Part shown: one piece after another, positions 37,422-49,400 of the stretch | Position numbering within the stretch: position 1 is the first letter of the stretch | Layout: every line of letters starts with the position of its first letter | From: Lama guanicoe | Taxonomy: Eukaryota | Direction: 5' to 3' | Length of the DNA stretch: 64,000 nucleotides | Assembly: GCA_013239625.1 (NCBI GenBank) | Contig: MU053994.1 | Location: 2,919,589-2,983,588, forward strand | The notes under the pieces: generated by a model | Seen by the model: only the letters and a program-made list of their open reading frames with translations | Databases searched by the model: none | Told to the model about the DNA's origin: nothing | Made by a program: the position numbers and the translations under genes

Positions 37422-38737
37422 GTGAGTCTAGCACTTGAATTTTAAAAATCAGGTTCACATAGTGATGACTGTGAGTGTTTTCTCATATATATATATATAT
37501 AGTATATTTGGTTATTTATTTGATCCATTAATTGAATTAAATTTTAAAATGAGAAATCTTTAAGATACTTCTTATAAATTATAATTTATGTTGAAGGAAG
37601 CATGATCATTTAGAATGAGTGTGAGGTTTAGAGTTAGAAAACATTGGTTTAATCTGCCTCCTTGGTTTTCAAGTGCCTTATGACTTTTGGCAAGTCACCA
37701 TATTTATTTGAAAATATGACAGTGTCAGTTGTGAAATGCACCACTCACTTATTTTATGTACTACTAAGGAAAGGAAAACACCCAAGATGGGGAATCTGTT
37801 ATCTGGGACACAAAGAGTCAATGCAGAAAAATAAACTTAACATATAGAAAGAGACACCAAATAAACCTCCATGTCTCAACCTTGGTACCTGGCGGCGGCG
37901 GGGGAGGGTGGGTGTTGGTGGTGGGAATCTCCTGAAAATTTAAACCACAAGCCAGATTTAAACAATTTTGAAGCCTGAATTCAAATTATGGTTGTGATAC
38001 CAAAAAAATCTCATGGAGAATTTAAAGTGGCTTCAGGTTGGTGGTTTCCCCAAATTACTGTCAGAAGTCAACACAAATCTTCTCTACATATACCTAGTCT
38101 AGTACTGTGCATAGATTGTAAGATACAATAAGATTCCAGAGACCTTAAAAAGTAAAAAAAAAAAAATGTGCATTTTAGATTGATGAAGGACGGTAATTAC
38201 TGCAAGTCTGTTTCTTGTTTATAGTATGGAAATATGGTCATAAGTTGTGAAGTAGTTGTTTTTGTGCTCCATTAACTATTTCTAAAATATAACCATAGCA
38301 TACATGTAAGTTTACAACTGCAGAATGGAAACTTTGGGAGTGGTATCAGACTTTAGCATTGAGGCTTACCACACTTTCTCCATCTTGAATAATTGATGGA
38401 TTGTTTAGATTTTAGAATTGTTCCTTCTAGTTCAAAAATTGCATAGAGAAATTTGCCTTTCATCTCTGGGCATAGAGGAGTGTTAACTTCATTTTGTAAG
38501 CCACTGCAAATGGCTTTTGAAAGTAGGTACTATATAAATTATAAAGTAAATGCTAATTTGTCTTTTTAATACATCAATTTGATCCCAGTATTATTAAAAT
38601 TAAACATAGCTCTAATGATCAGTATAGAAAAATTGAGAGATCATTATTAAGATATAATTAATTGAGATTGGAAGATATTTCTCTTTGGAATTGCACTGTT
38701 TTGATGTCATTAATCACCTTTCTCCTTTTTATAACAG

Positions 38738-38956
38738 AGGTGTATTATCAATAATACTCATCGCCTGGTGGAGCTATGTGTGGCCAAGTTGTCCCAAGAC
38801 TGGTTTCCACTTCTAGAACTTCTCTCCATGGCCTTAAATCCTCATTGCAAATTCCATATCTACAATGGTACACGTCCATGTGAATCAGTTTCCTCAAATG
38901 TTCAGTTGCCTGAAGATGAACTTTTTGCTCGTTCTCCAGATCCTCGATCACCAAAA
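38738..38956 (+). CDS. USP9X: USP9X exon 6 (219 nt)
   Basis: [73 protein letters not shown]; donor AAA|GTGTGT. Confidence 0.96.
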
Positions 38957-40466
38957 GTGTGTTGGTTTATTATTTTCAAAGCTAAATATTACAGTTGTTT
39001 TACTGTGCTACAGAACTTTAAATCGTCTGAACCTCTTGTTAACATGGAGAAAAGTAGTTTCATATTGCTCTTAAAGGGGTTTTGCATTACTTTGTGTTTT
39101 GGGTTTGTTTTGTTTTTATTTTTAAATGTTTTTGGCTTTCTCCATGTAGTTAGTTCCCATGGTCTTCTGCCCAGCCTCTTGGGAGAAATACTCATAATTT
39201 GGGATAGTATAAAATAGAACATATTTTTCCTTTTAAATAAGATTACAGCAGAAGATTACTTCTTTGACCAGGACCTGTCTAGTATGTCATAAAAGTAAAA
39301 CTATAAAAATTACAAATGAAAGCAAAATAGTAAAACTTAACAAATGTCAATGAAATATATATATATAGTAACATAAATTCTCCAGTGTAAATTTTCTCCA
39401 GTGTAAAATTTTCTGTACCAGCATAAATATGATGTACATTTAGAAAAATATATCCCTAAACTATACTTCTGCTAATAAATATTAATAATTAGCCGTATAA
39501 AGCTTTTAAATTTCAGAATTTAGGGAGACATTTTTAATCTTGATAGACTTGTTTTTAAAAAAATAGCCAGGAAAATTTGAATTTATATATACAGTGCTTG
39601 ATTTATTCTGTTAAAAGTAGAAATCATCAAAATATATTGAACTTAAAGCTGAGATTTTCTGGTATTTCCCAGGCTTCATATTGTTGCCGTGACTGCAAGG
39701 CTTATTTTTGAGTAAATCAAATCATTATTTAAATAATGGCAGTCTCCAAAATATACCTGTTTATTTTTAATTTGATTTTAATTTTACATATAGGCATGCT
39801 GTTAACCATACAAGCGATTTCCAATTCCAGCTGTGTTGTACTTGCTATCCCTTAGGGAAGAGGTTGAAAGACAATTCATACTGTTGCATCAGGGTACCTC
39901 TAAGATGGGAACTGGGTATATTCACATGAGTCAGCAAAAAGCATCAACCAGCATGTTCTAATTAGAATCAACAAATAAATGCCAGGGATTAGTTTTTAAT
40001 GGATAGGTCATTCTTGGGCTTTAAGATTATTTATTTATAGGGAAGTTTTAGTTATTTACAACTGCAACATAAATTCAAACACTATCTTAGGTTACCAAAT
40101 ACCTTTTTTTTTTTCATTTTAAAGAGTCTTTTTACCCTATTAAATTTTTAAAAATATATTTTCAGATAATAAGGTATTCTCATATGGTGGGATCTCTGAA
40201 ATAGAACCATGGCTTCTAATTCTTGTTCACCAACTATATTGGTAAAAACAGCTATACTCTGGTGATCTAATCTTTATGGCTACTTATGCTTTTACAGACA
40301 GGATTACTGTGAACAATATGCAATATTTTGTGTTTTTTTTCTTTACATAATAATCTTTTATTGAATTTCCTGTTTCTAGAATGTTTCAATCAAGAAATTA
40401 CTTCAGATAATACTTTGTTTCCCCGCAAAAGCAGGAAGTTAACTTTTTTCATTAACTGTATTGCAG

Positions 40467-40582
40467 GGTTGGCTAGTGGATCTTCTCAACAAATTCGGCA
40501 CTTTAAATGGGTTCCAGATTTTGCATGATCGTTTTATTAATGGATCAGCATTAAATGTTCAAATAATTGCAGCCCTTATTAA
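40467..40582 (+). CDS. USP9X: USP9X exon 7 (116 nt)
   Basis: [38 protein letters not shown](K); acceptor TTGCAG, donor GTAAGT. Confidence 0.97.
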
Positions 40583-40796
40583 GTAAGTTATGTTTTAAAA
40601 TGGATCTTTGGTGCATTATAGAAATTGCTACTTTATTGCTTGATTAAAAATGGAGTTTCCTTTTTCAAATATGGTTTCCTCTTATCTTTAGCTGGTAACT
40701 TGGACTTTCTAAAGTAATAGAAATAATCTGAGTTCAGTCCTAGTTTGAGTGTATGAAATTGGGTATTAAAAGAGATTTCTGTCTTGTTTATTTCAG

Positions 40797-41048
40797 ACCA
40801 TTTGGACAATGCTATGAATTTCTCACTCTTCATACAGTGAAAAAGTACTTTCTTCCAGTAATAGAAATGGTTCCACAGTTTTTGGAAAACTTAACTGATG
40901 AAGAACTGAAAAAAGAAGCAAAGAATGAAGCCAAAAACGATGCCCTTTCAATGATTATTAAATCTTTGAAAAATTTAGCTTCAAGGGTTCCAGGACAAGA
41001 AGAAACTGTAAAAAATTTAGAAATATTTAGGTTAAAAATGATACTTAG
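40797..41048 (+). CDS. USP9X: USP9X exon 8 (252 nt)
   Basis: [83 protein letters not shown](R); donor GTAAGA. Confidence 0.97.
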
Positions 41049-41124
41049 GTAAGATACTTACCTCTTGAAATAATTAATTATGTGAATGTTTAGAATCATA
41101 CTTAACACTGAATTTCTTTTATAG

Positions 41125-41263
41125 ATTATTGCAAATTTCTTCTTTCAATGGAAAGATGAATGCACTGAATGAAGTTAATAAGGTGATATCTAGTGTGTCA
41201 TACTACACTCATCGGCATGGTAACCCTGAGGAAGAAGAATGGCTCACAGCTGAACGAATGGCA
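41125..41263 (+). CDS. USP9X: USP9X exon 9 (139 nt)
   Basis: [46 protein letters not shown]; donor GTAAGT. Confidence 0.97.
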
Positions 41264-42213
41264 GTAAGTCCTTTGATTCTACTTTCATGAATAAGAATCT
41301 ACCTAAGGCAAAAATGAGAATATCTCTACTTAAAGTTAATACTAACATTTTAAAGAAAATTCTGAAATTGGGAGGTATTTGGATTGACCTACAACTATTG
41401 GTCCTGAGAACTTTTGTGATGACATCGTTTATTATCTGATATATTTGGTGATATGAGTAGCTTAGCACGTCTTTAATAAACTTATTGCTGAATGCAGGTG
41501 TTCTGAAGTGATTCTTAGCTTGGGAGGGGGTTGGTTGAAATGGAGTAAATGAAGGTGATTTGGGGAACAGATTGGGTAGTATGGTACCTATTGAATGAAG
41601 TGGCTTATTCATTTGAATGATTCCATTTAAAGATTTAAAAATAGGAAATACTGAAATAAGATATGCATGAATTAGTGTTTTATCATCATTGTAAGAACTT
41701 CACTTGAGCACTTATTTATATCATTTTGATTTTGAAAGTTTAGGAAACTTTATTTACCATAGATACTTACCTTTATTGTAGTTTAAAAATGAGTAAGAAT
41801 GTCACTTAAATATTGGTTGAATAACTTCAGCACATAATACTGTCTGACTGTACTGAGGAGACATCTATAAAAGAACTGTCCTTGACCTCAAGGAGGCCTC
41901 AGTTTAATAGGGAAGACAATGATTAGAATGTGGTAAAAAGTTTGTGGAGGGTGACTAGACATTGGCCCTGTGTTAGGCGTTCAGGTGGTAGACATCTGAT
42001 TTTGTTTATGTGATTTGTCTGTCCACCTTGTGGGAAGTCAAGCACAGAGCTACTCAGAGTGTGGACTGAGGTCTGGTTCTGGTCCTTGAGCTGTTGCCAG
42101 CCTTAGATGAGTACAGAAAATAGCATTAATTGTTTAGAAACTTTTGTAGTAATTGCTACATTTTAGTTGTTTATCTGCCAGCAACAGATTGGAAATAAAA
42201 ACAGACCTTTACT

Positions 42214-42338
42214 GGGGGAGGGTATGTATCGCTCAGTGGTAGAGCATGTGCTTAGCATGCCTTAAGGTCCTGGATTCAATCCCTAGTACTTCCATGAATA
42301 AAACAAACAAACAAAAACAACAACGAAAGGAAAAAAAG
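42214..42338 (+). mobile_element. tRNA-derived SINE, camelid Vic-1-like
   Basis: GGGGGAGGGTAT..GCTCAGTGGTAGAGC...GGATTCAATCCC, (AAAC)n tail; TSD GACCTTTAC at 42204-42212 and 42339-42347. Confidence 0.88.
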
Positions 42339-43035
42339 GACCTTTACCAGCTGAGAAGTGTGCTTCAATACTGTAAAATCATAGTGTGGACTATTACCTT
42401 TATACTGAATCATGAGTTAGTTTTCTTCTGTTGGTTTAAATATTAAATGGCTGTCAAGCAGCATAGCATAGTGTTAATAGAAACACAAACTTGAGAAGCT
42501 TGCAGCCTTGATTCAGATTCTGGTTCTAGCACTTCCAAGCCTGTTTACTTTTCTGTAATAAGATAATATAGCCCTAATTAGGATTGTTTGGAAAATTAAA
42601 GAGCTAATGGTAAGCAATACTAGTGCAATTGGTTAGTAAATAAAAGCAAAAAATTAAAAGAGTGACTTTTCATCCAAATCAAAACTGGTATAAGGAATCT
42701 AAAGATCCTAAAATGGGTCCTATATCCACTCCACCTAAACCATGGTGATCGAAACATTTAAAGAATAATTTTCTGAGTAAATGCTGGAGTAGAATCTTTT
42801 TTAATGATTTTATTATTTCTAATTCATGGAAACATTTCTGTATGTGCAAAGTTAAGTTCCATGAAATTATTGTGTCGGGTTTTTTTTTTCATAATTTTGT
42901 ATCAAAAGAACATAAGCATGTTATATTAGTGCATTATATTCTATGAGTTTTTAAATTCCTACTAACATTTGAAAGTGTGAACAATACTTTGTGTGTTTTT
43001 AAAAGCTTTGAAACAAGTTTTTGAATTCTGTTTAG

Positions 43036-43188
43036 GAATGGATACAGCAGAACAATATTTTATCCATAGTCTTGCGAGATAGTCTTCATCAACCACAGTA
43101 TGTAGAAAAGCTAGAGAAGATTCTTCGTTTTGTCATCAAAGAAAAAGCCCTGACTTTACAAGATCTTGATAATATCTGGGCAGCACAG
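43036..43188 (+). CDS. USP9X: USP9X exon 10 (153 nt)
   Basis: [51 protein letters not shown]; donor CAG|GTAAGG. Confidence 0.97.
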
Positions 43189-44096
43189 GTAAGGAATTTA
43201 AGATGGTGGGTATTTGGTTTGTAAAAAAAAATTACCAAAAACTAAAGAAATATAGTAGTTGTAATGAAATGGGATGAAGACTTGCATTGTTTGAATTATA
43301 GTATAGTTAAATGCTTATTGTTTACAGAAATCCTGTCAAGAATCTCTGTGAAATAACCAATAATATTTTTCAAATAAAAATATTACATCACCTACTGTAT
43401 GTATTTGGTAAAAGTTGATAGTTTGTAGGTAGTTTTAAATAAGAGGCGAATAGTAAAATAATAAGGAATGTATTGAAAGAGTATAAGACATCTGTAATTT
43501 GTTTCTTCATGAACTTAATACAGAGAAAACTCCAGTGTCAGGAGAATTAAATCACTAGATTATTTATAAAAGCCTGTAATAATTCAAAGGACTAATAGTT
43601 TATAGAAGGATAAGTAACCTTTTTGGTTTCAGAGCTAGAAACTATGTGATTCCTTTGATTATCTAAATGAAAAGTTTCTGTTCATGGATTACTTGGGAAC
43701 TACTGGTGAGTTCTGGATTACAAAGCTTTGTTTTTTGAGTCTGTAGAAACCAAGAAAACACTATTTTGCCTTTGAGTGCTTATGATTCCAGTTTTGAAAC
43801 TATCACTAGTGTGCCTTATTCTGTCTGCAATGTTAAAATTGGCACGTTAAAGTCAGTAAACTATAATAAAAGTTTACATGAATTCCTAAAGTCTACACTA
43901 ACCATATATCAGGAAATTAAGTTCTCAGGTTTTAGATGGCAGTTCTAAAACATTTTAAATGTTAGGAATTTTCTTAGATTACACAGTTAGATGAAGGTCA
44001 TGGAAACACTTTATTAATAGTTGTCTACAGGCAGTATATGCTACTTATTGCTGTTCAGATTTTAGTATGCTGTGGTTTTCTTTGGTTTTTCAATAG

Positions 44097-44201
44097 GCAG
44101 GGAAGCATGAAGCCATTGTGAAGAACGTACATGATCTTCTGGCAAAGTTGGCATGGGATTTTTCTCCTGAACAACTTGATCATCTTTTTGATTGCTTTAA
44201 G
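44097..44201 (+). CDS. USP9X: USP9X exon 11 (105 nt)
   Basis: [35 protein letters not shown]; donor AAG|GTAATA. Confidence 0.97.
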
Positions 44202-46383
44202 GTAATAGTTAACATAGTGCAATTTCATTTGTGAATTTGGATTTCTTTCCCTTAGAAGTTTGTGTTTTTATTATAGCTTATGTGAACTGTAGGACTGCAG
44301 GGAAGGATAATTGGTTGCAATGAAAAATAAAAGAGTCAACAGCAGCAGATTACCAATACCTTGGTATCCTGGGGTGATACGCACAGGCAAATTGGAAGTG
44401 TAACTCATGGACTTAATAGAAATGTAATTCATAAGGTAGCCCGAGAGACCACAGTCTTATCTACATTGGTGCATCATGTACTTTTTAAGGCCATATTGTG
44501 TAGTGGTCTCTCTCCAGTTACTAGTATTGGTTTGTAAAAGCCAAATGATTGGTGAATTTGTGGATCAAGAACACAAGACCTTATGGCAGTGTTCACAAAG
44601 GGGCATTCTATTTAACAACTGGCGTTAGATCATGAAGGTGTCTTGTTAAAAATAACAATTTTACTGACTACTGGTGGGAACGTAAGTTCTCCATCCACTT
44701 AGGAAAATAGATGGGTGTTTCTGGAAAAGTGTAAGATTCTTATGACTCATTGTTTGACTTCTGAATATATGCTCTAGAGAAACTCATGCATATGGGCATT
44801 GGTGTACACGTTGAACATTTGTAGCTGAATTATTTGTAATAGCAAAAAATTGCCATGTAGGATGGATAAATTGTGAAATGTTCGTATAATGAAACACCTC
44901 ACAACAATGAGAATGAGCAAATTTGAGCAACTCAGCCACAACGGTGAGTCTAGTGAACAGAAGATTGAAGAAAGGAACACCAAACTTCATATACCTTGAT
45001 TGCATTAAATAAACTTCAGAAATAGACCCAGCTACCTTCTGCTGCTTAGCATGTGTTATTTTTGACCTGGGTAATAGTTATATAGGTGTTTACATTATGT
45101 ACTGTAATGTGTATATTTGTACCTTTCTTGATGTGTATTTCACAATAGAAGAGAAAATACCAATCACTGGCTTCCACCCACGACTAAATCTGAGTTGGTA
45201 GGTATGGGACATGGGAAGTCTGTATTTTAAGCAAAATTCTCAGGTGATTCTCAAATACTTTAAAGTTGTGGATCACTGGCCTGTGGAAAAATTAAGTTTG
45301 AAGCGCATCAAAGGCAGCTAAGGGAATTATATAATCAATGATCACGGGTACTATAAAGTTTATTGCCATTCATTTTTAATCTTGAGATGAGGGAAGAAAA
45401 GAGAGGTTAGTTGTTAATTACGTTCTCTGGACCCCCGTCCCCTCTTCTAACAGTGAACTAAATACAATAATAGTCTGAATATAAAAGTAATTCCATTATT
45501 TATGCTTTTTCCCCCTCCTTTAGCTTAGTAGCTGCTTATTGAACACTTATTACTTGGTAACGAGCACTATTTTTTGAGGTGTTGGTAAAACTAGTATTCT
45601 TGTAGAGTGTCTTGATACTTCCTACTAAAGACGATTCAGAGGAAGCATGAAGTCCAGCTCACTGCAGTTCTTCATAGAGTACAACCAAATGATTCAAAAC
45701 TTGTTGATTAAACTATGTACTTGCCTGGTACAGTTTTTAAATGTTTGAGTTCTAAGTAAGTCTTCATTCTTCAAAGTGATTATACCTATTTACAGTCCCA
45801 TCAAAATTTTCATATCCTTACCAGCACTTGTTTTTGTCAGAATTAGGGATTTTTGACAGTCTGCTTGGTATGAAGTATTTACCTCATTGTGGTTATTGGT
45901 TTTTATATCCTTGGTCACTAATGAAATTGAGTATCTTTTCATGTTTCTATTCTCCTTTTGTGTATATATGAGAGGCCTGTTGTAGAGTTTCTCTAGAGCA
46001 TATGTTCAGAAGTCTTTTTCTTACTTTTTCTCTGTTGGGTTGTTTATACTTATTCATAGGAATTCTTGACATATTCTGAATGCTAGTCCTTATCAGTTCA
46101 AGTGTTGCAAATTGTGGTTGTCTTTTTTATTCGCCTTAAGGTGGCTTTGTATGAACAGATGTTCTTAATTAATTTCTCCTTTTCATATGTAATGATTTTA
46201 ATATATATTCTTTAGAGATGAGTACATGAAGAAAAAATTTACAATATTGTTATCATACCTAAAAACTAATAATTCCTTAATATTGTCAAATAGTGCTAAA
46301 ACCTCCAGTTGTATCAGGTCATACTTTACTTTTGAAGTTTGTTTGAATTAGGATCCATAGTTTGTAATCGGTTGCATACGTCT

Positions 46384-46521
46384 CTTTTTTTCAGTTTTTA
46401 TTATTGGGGTGGGGGTAAGTAGGTTGGTTGGTTTGTTTATTTATTTAATGGAGGTACTGGAGATTGAACCCAGGACCTTGTGTATGCTAAGCATGTACTC
46501 CACTGAGCTATACCCTTCCCG
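46384..46521 (-). mobile_element. tRNA-derived SINE, camelid Vic-1-like
   Basis: GGAGGTACTGGAGATTGAACCCAGGACC...CACTGAGCTATACCC; TSD CATAYGTCT at 46375-46383 and 46525-46533. Confidence 0.88.
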
Positions 46522-47281
46522 CCACATATGTCTTTTTAGGTCTCTTTGAGTCTATAGTTTCCCCCTTTTGTCTTTTGTTTTTCCTTGCAAATTGTTGAAG
46601 AAACTGGATTATTACTTTGGTATTTATCAATAGTATGATACAGAGGCTTTATTGTTGTTCTTTTGCTAGAATACATCATAGGTGGTGATGTTCTCTTCCT
46701 TTGGGAGGCACTGCTGGTTTCTCTCTTTAAAATGTTCTTAATTGTAGTATGATCTAATATTTCAGTACTCTTAGCAGTTTTCCTATTCCTTTCATAATGT
46801 TGAAAGGTCTAGGAGGAATTAGAAGTATACACTCCATTCTCCAGTAAACACTGCTTAGCAACTTTATACAGATACCTTTTCTCATGTTGTTTAGCAATAT
46901 CTCTGGCCTCTACTCACTAGATGCCACCAGCGCATGCATGCACATACACATCATTGTTATAAATTAGGCATTTAAAAAAATACCATTTTAGAGAGAGGTG
47001 GGTTTTTTTGTTTGGTTTTTGTTGTTGTTTGCCATTTTAGAGTTTTTAAGTAAATATTCTCTCTTCTAAACTGAAATAGCATTGTATTGTTTCTGTGTAA
47101 GTTAGAAACTTTTTCTTGGTTAATAACAGACTTTTTATAGACTATTTTGTTTCTAAATGTGTGTAATGCACATTGCTCTATAGAAAGCTTTTCATTTATT
47201 ATGAAAGTCTTTGTATATCAAGTTGTCTTTAACATCTTTTAATATAGTTTTAAAGGCACAAATGACAGACTGAATCTAAGG

Positions 47282-47498
47282 CAGCAGTTTTTATTAGGAG
47301 GCCCCCCTCCCCCCACTCCTGATATTTGGTAATTCCTGGAGATATTTTGGTTGTCACATCTAGGAGGAGGAGTTGCTACTGGCTTCTAGTGGGGTAGGGG
47401 CCAGGGATGCTGTTAAACATCCTGCAATGCACTTGACAGCCCCCCACAACAAAGAGTTTTCCAGTTGAAGATGGTAGTACCAAGGTTGAGAAACCCTG
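47282..47498 (-). mobile_element. MER20
   Basis: CTGGAGATATTTTGGTTGTCAC...GCTACTGGC..CTAGTGGG..GGCCAGGGATGCTGTTAAACATCCT...GGTTGAGAAACCCTG. Confidence 0.85.
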
Positions 47499-47704
47499 AT
47501 TTAAGAAGTATTAAACTGTAAATAGAGGTTTTTGGTTTTTTCCTAGAGTTTAAATCTGCCCTATCTTACTGCTCAGATACCACTTAAATAATACTGTGCT
47601 CAGCTATGTTGTTTTCTGATGAATACAGTTTATCCAGTGACACTGTTTTAAGCAGTGACGAATAGATATGTGGTGTTTACATATCATTAAATTTTTTTTT
47701 CTAG

Positions 47705-47911
47705 GCCAGTTGGACAAATGCAAGTAAAAAGCAGCGAGAAAAGCTACTTGAACTGATACGTCGTCTTGCAGAAGATGACAAAGATGGTGTGATGGCACAC
47801 AAAGTGTTGAACCTCCTGTGGAATCTGGCCCACAGTGATGATGTGCCTGTAGACATCATGGACCTGGCTCTCAGCGCCCACATAAAAATACTAGATTATA
47901 GTTGCTCCCAG
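47705..47911 (+). CDS. USP9X: USP9X exon 12 (207 nt)
   Basis: [69 protein letters not shown]; donor CAG|GTAAGG. Confidence 0.97.
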
Positions 47912-49263
47912 GTAAGGAAGGGTTTGCTGCTTTGCTCACTTTTTCACAATGAGGGTGTCTTAGAGAATAGTTCCACGTTTTTCTGAGATTGTTATTTTTG
48001 ATGTGATCTACAAGAGTGGAGTTACTTTCTTCATGTAAGTCTACCTTCCTTTTAGACCTCTATGTCAGTTTTGTGTATCATCTGAAAGCATTTTAGTCTT
48101 CAAAGATAGCATAAACAAAACAGTTTATATAGTAGTATTGTCAAATGTATGGTGCTGAAATACCAGTTTCAGATAGATCATAAGATACTAAAGCTGATTT
48201 TGGTCTTTAGAGGTAAGAGGAGTTAGGTTTTCTTTGCTTATGGGGAAGTTAAGAAAACTTAATAGAATTTCCTAAACAGTAAAACATTTAGTGCCTTCCC
48301 TATGAGCAAATCACACAGTAGCTTCCCTGCATTCTGTCTTGTAGCATGCGTATCTTTTAACTCATGGTAAAGTGAACACTGCTAAATAACTAATTTCCCA
48401 CTTGTTAAAAGTATTTGCTGCACTGATGAACTGAAACTTAGATAAGAACTAATAAAATAAGCTCAAGTAGATATGATTCAGATGCTACTCAGTTGTTGAC
48501 TATACTTATAAACTTGTTCATTAAGTATTTATTTGGTATATCAAATAGTAGTAAGAACCTTGAGTTCAAATTATTTCATTAAACAGAGACACAAACACAC
48601 AAAATAATCTGAACTTAAAATTTTTAGGTACACAAATCTGCATTTCTGATTACTATTGAGTTAAGGAAAAAGTAGAGTAAATAAAGTATGAGAAGTAAAA
48701 TATATTTGAAATAATTTGTTTTATAACATTAATTTTAACTGTTTATACGTGTTTCTGTCCCTTTTTTTTCCTTGTGTGTATGTGAATATGTCCTTACTTT
48801 GATTTTTGGTGAATTTTTTAAACTTAGTTGCTGTACCGTTATGTCCTTGATAAAATATAAATTTTCAGTGTTCCATGTTATTGCTGGATTTTTATTACAT
48901 GGTATATAATCTCTGAAAACATTGGATAAAGCTAAATGCCCACCTTCTGGCAACTTTTAAAATCAAACTTTCTGTTAGTGGGCCTAATACTTAAGGTCTA
49001 TACCTTTGTGTAGATATTAGCTGAATCCATGTCATAGTGAGTTTTTGTAATAGTATTTTACTTTTGGGAGTTTTGGTAGTATATGTAAAATAACGTAGTT
49101 AAAGCTGCCTTTTATTGCTATTAAACTCTTTACTACAGTTACAGCATGATGTTTATGATACTAATCTTACAAGAAAAGCTCTATTTTGTAATTCTCAAAC
49201 TAATTTGAAGGTGGAATTCTCCTGAGTATTGACCTATATAAAACATTGAAATTGTTTTTTAAG

Positions 49264-49400
49264 GACCGTGACACACAGAAAATACAGTGGATAGATCGCT
49301 TTATAGAAGAACTTCGTACAAATGACAAATGGGTAATACCCGCACTGAAACAAATTAGAGAAATTTGTAGTTTGTTTGGTGAAGCACCTCAAAATTTGAG
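49264..49400 (+). CDS. USP9X: USP9X exon 13 (137 nt)
   Basis: [45 protein letters not shown](S); donor GAG|GTAAGG. Confidence 0.97.

Noticed and set aside
38768..39217. 149-aa ORF and similar ORF-track entries at 37224, 40753, 47789 and 63191 as standalone genes
   Set aside because: These are USP9X exons read through into flanking intron.
44094..44100. Tandem acceptor TAG-GCAG (+4 nt) at exon 11, and CAG-AG (+2 nt) at exon 6
   Set aside because: Frameshifting and very common by chance; only the proximal AG preserves the frame, and there is no evidence of use.
16156..46521. tRNA-like sequences with A and B boxes
   Set aside because: They have A-rich tails, TSDs and decayed stems, so they are SINEs rather than tRNA genes.
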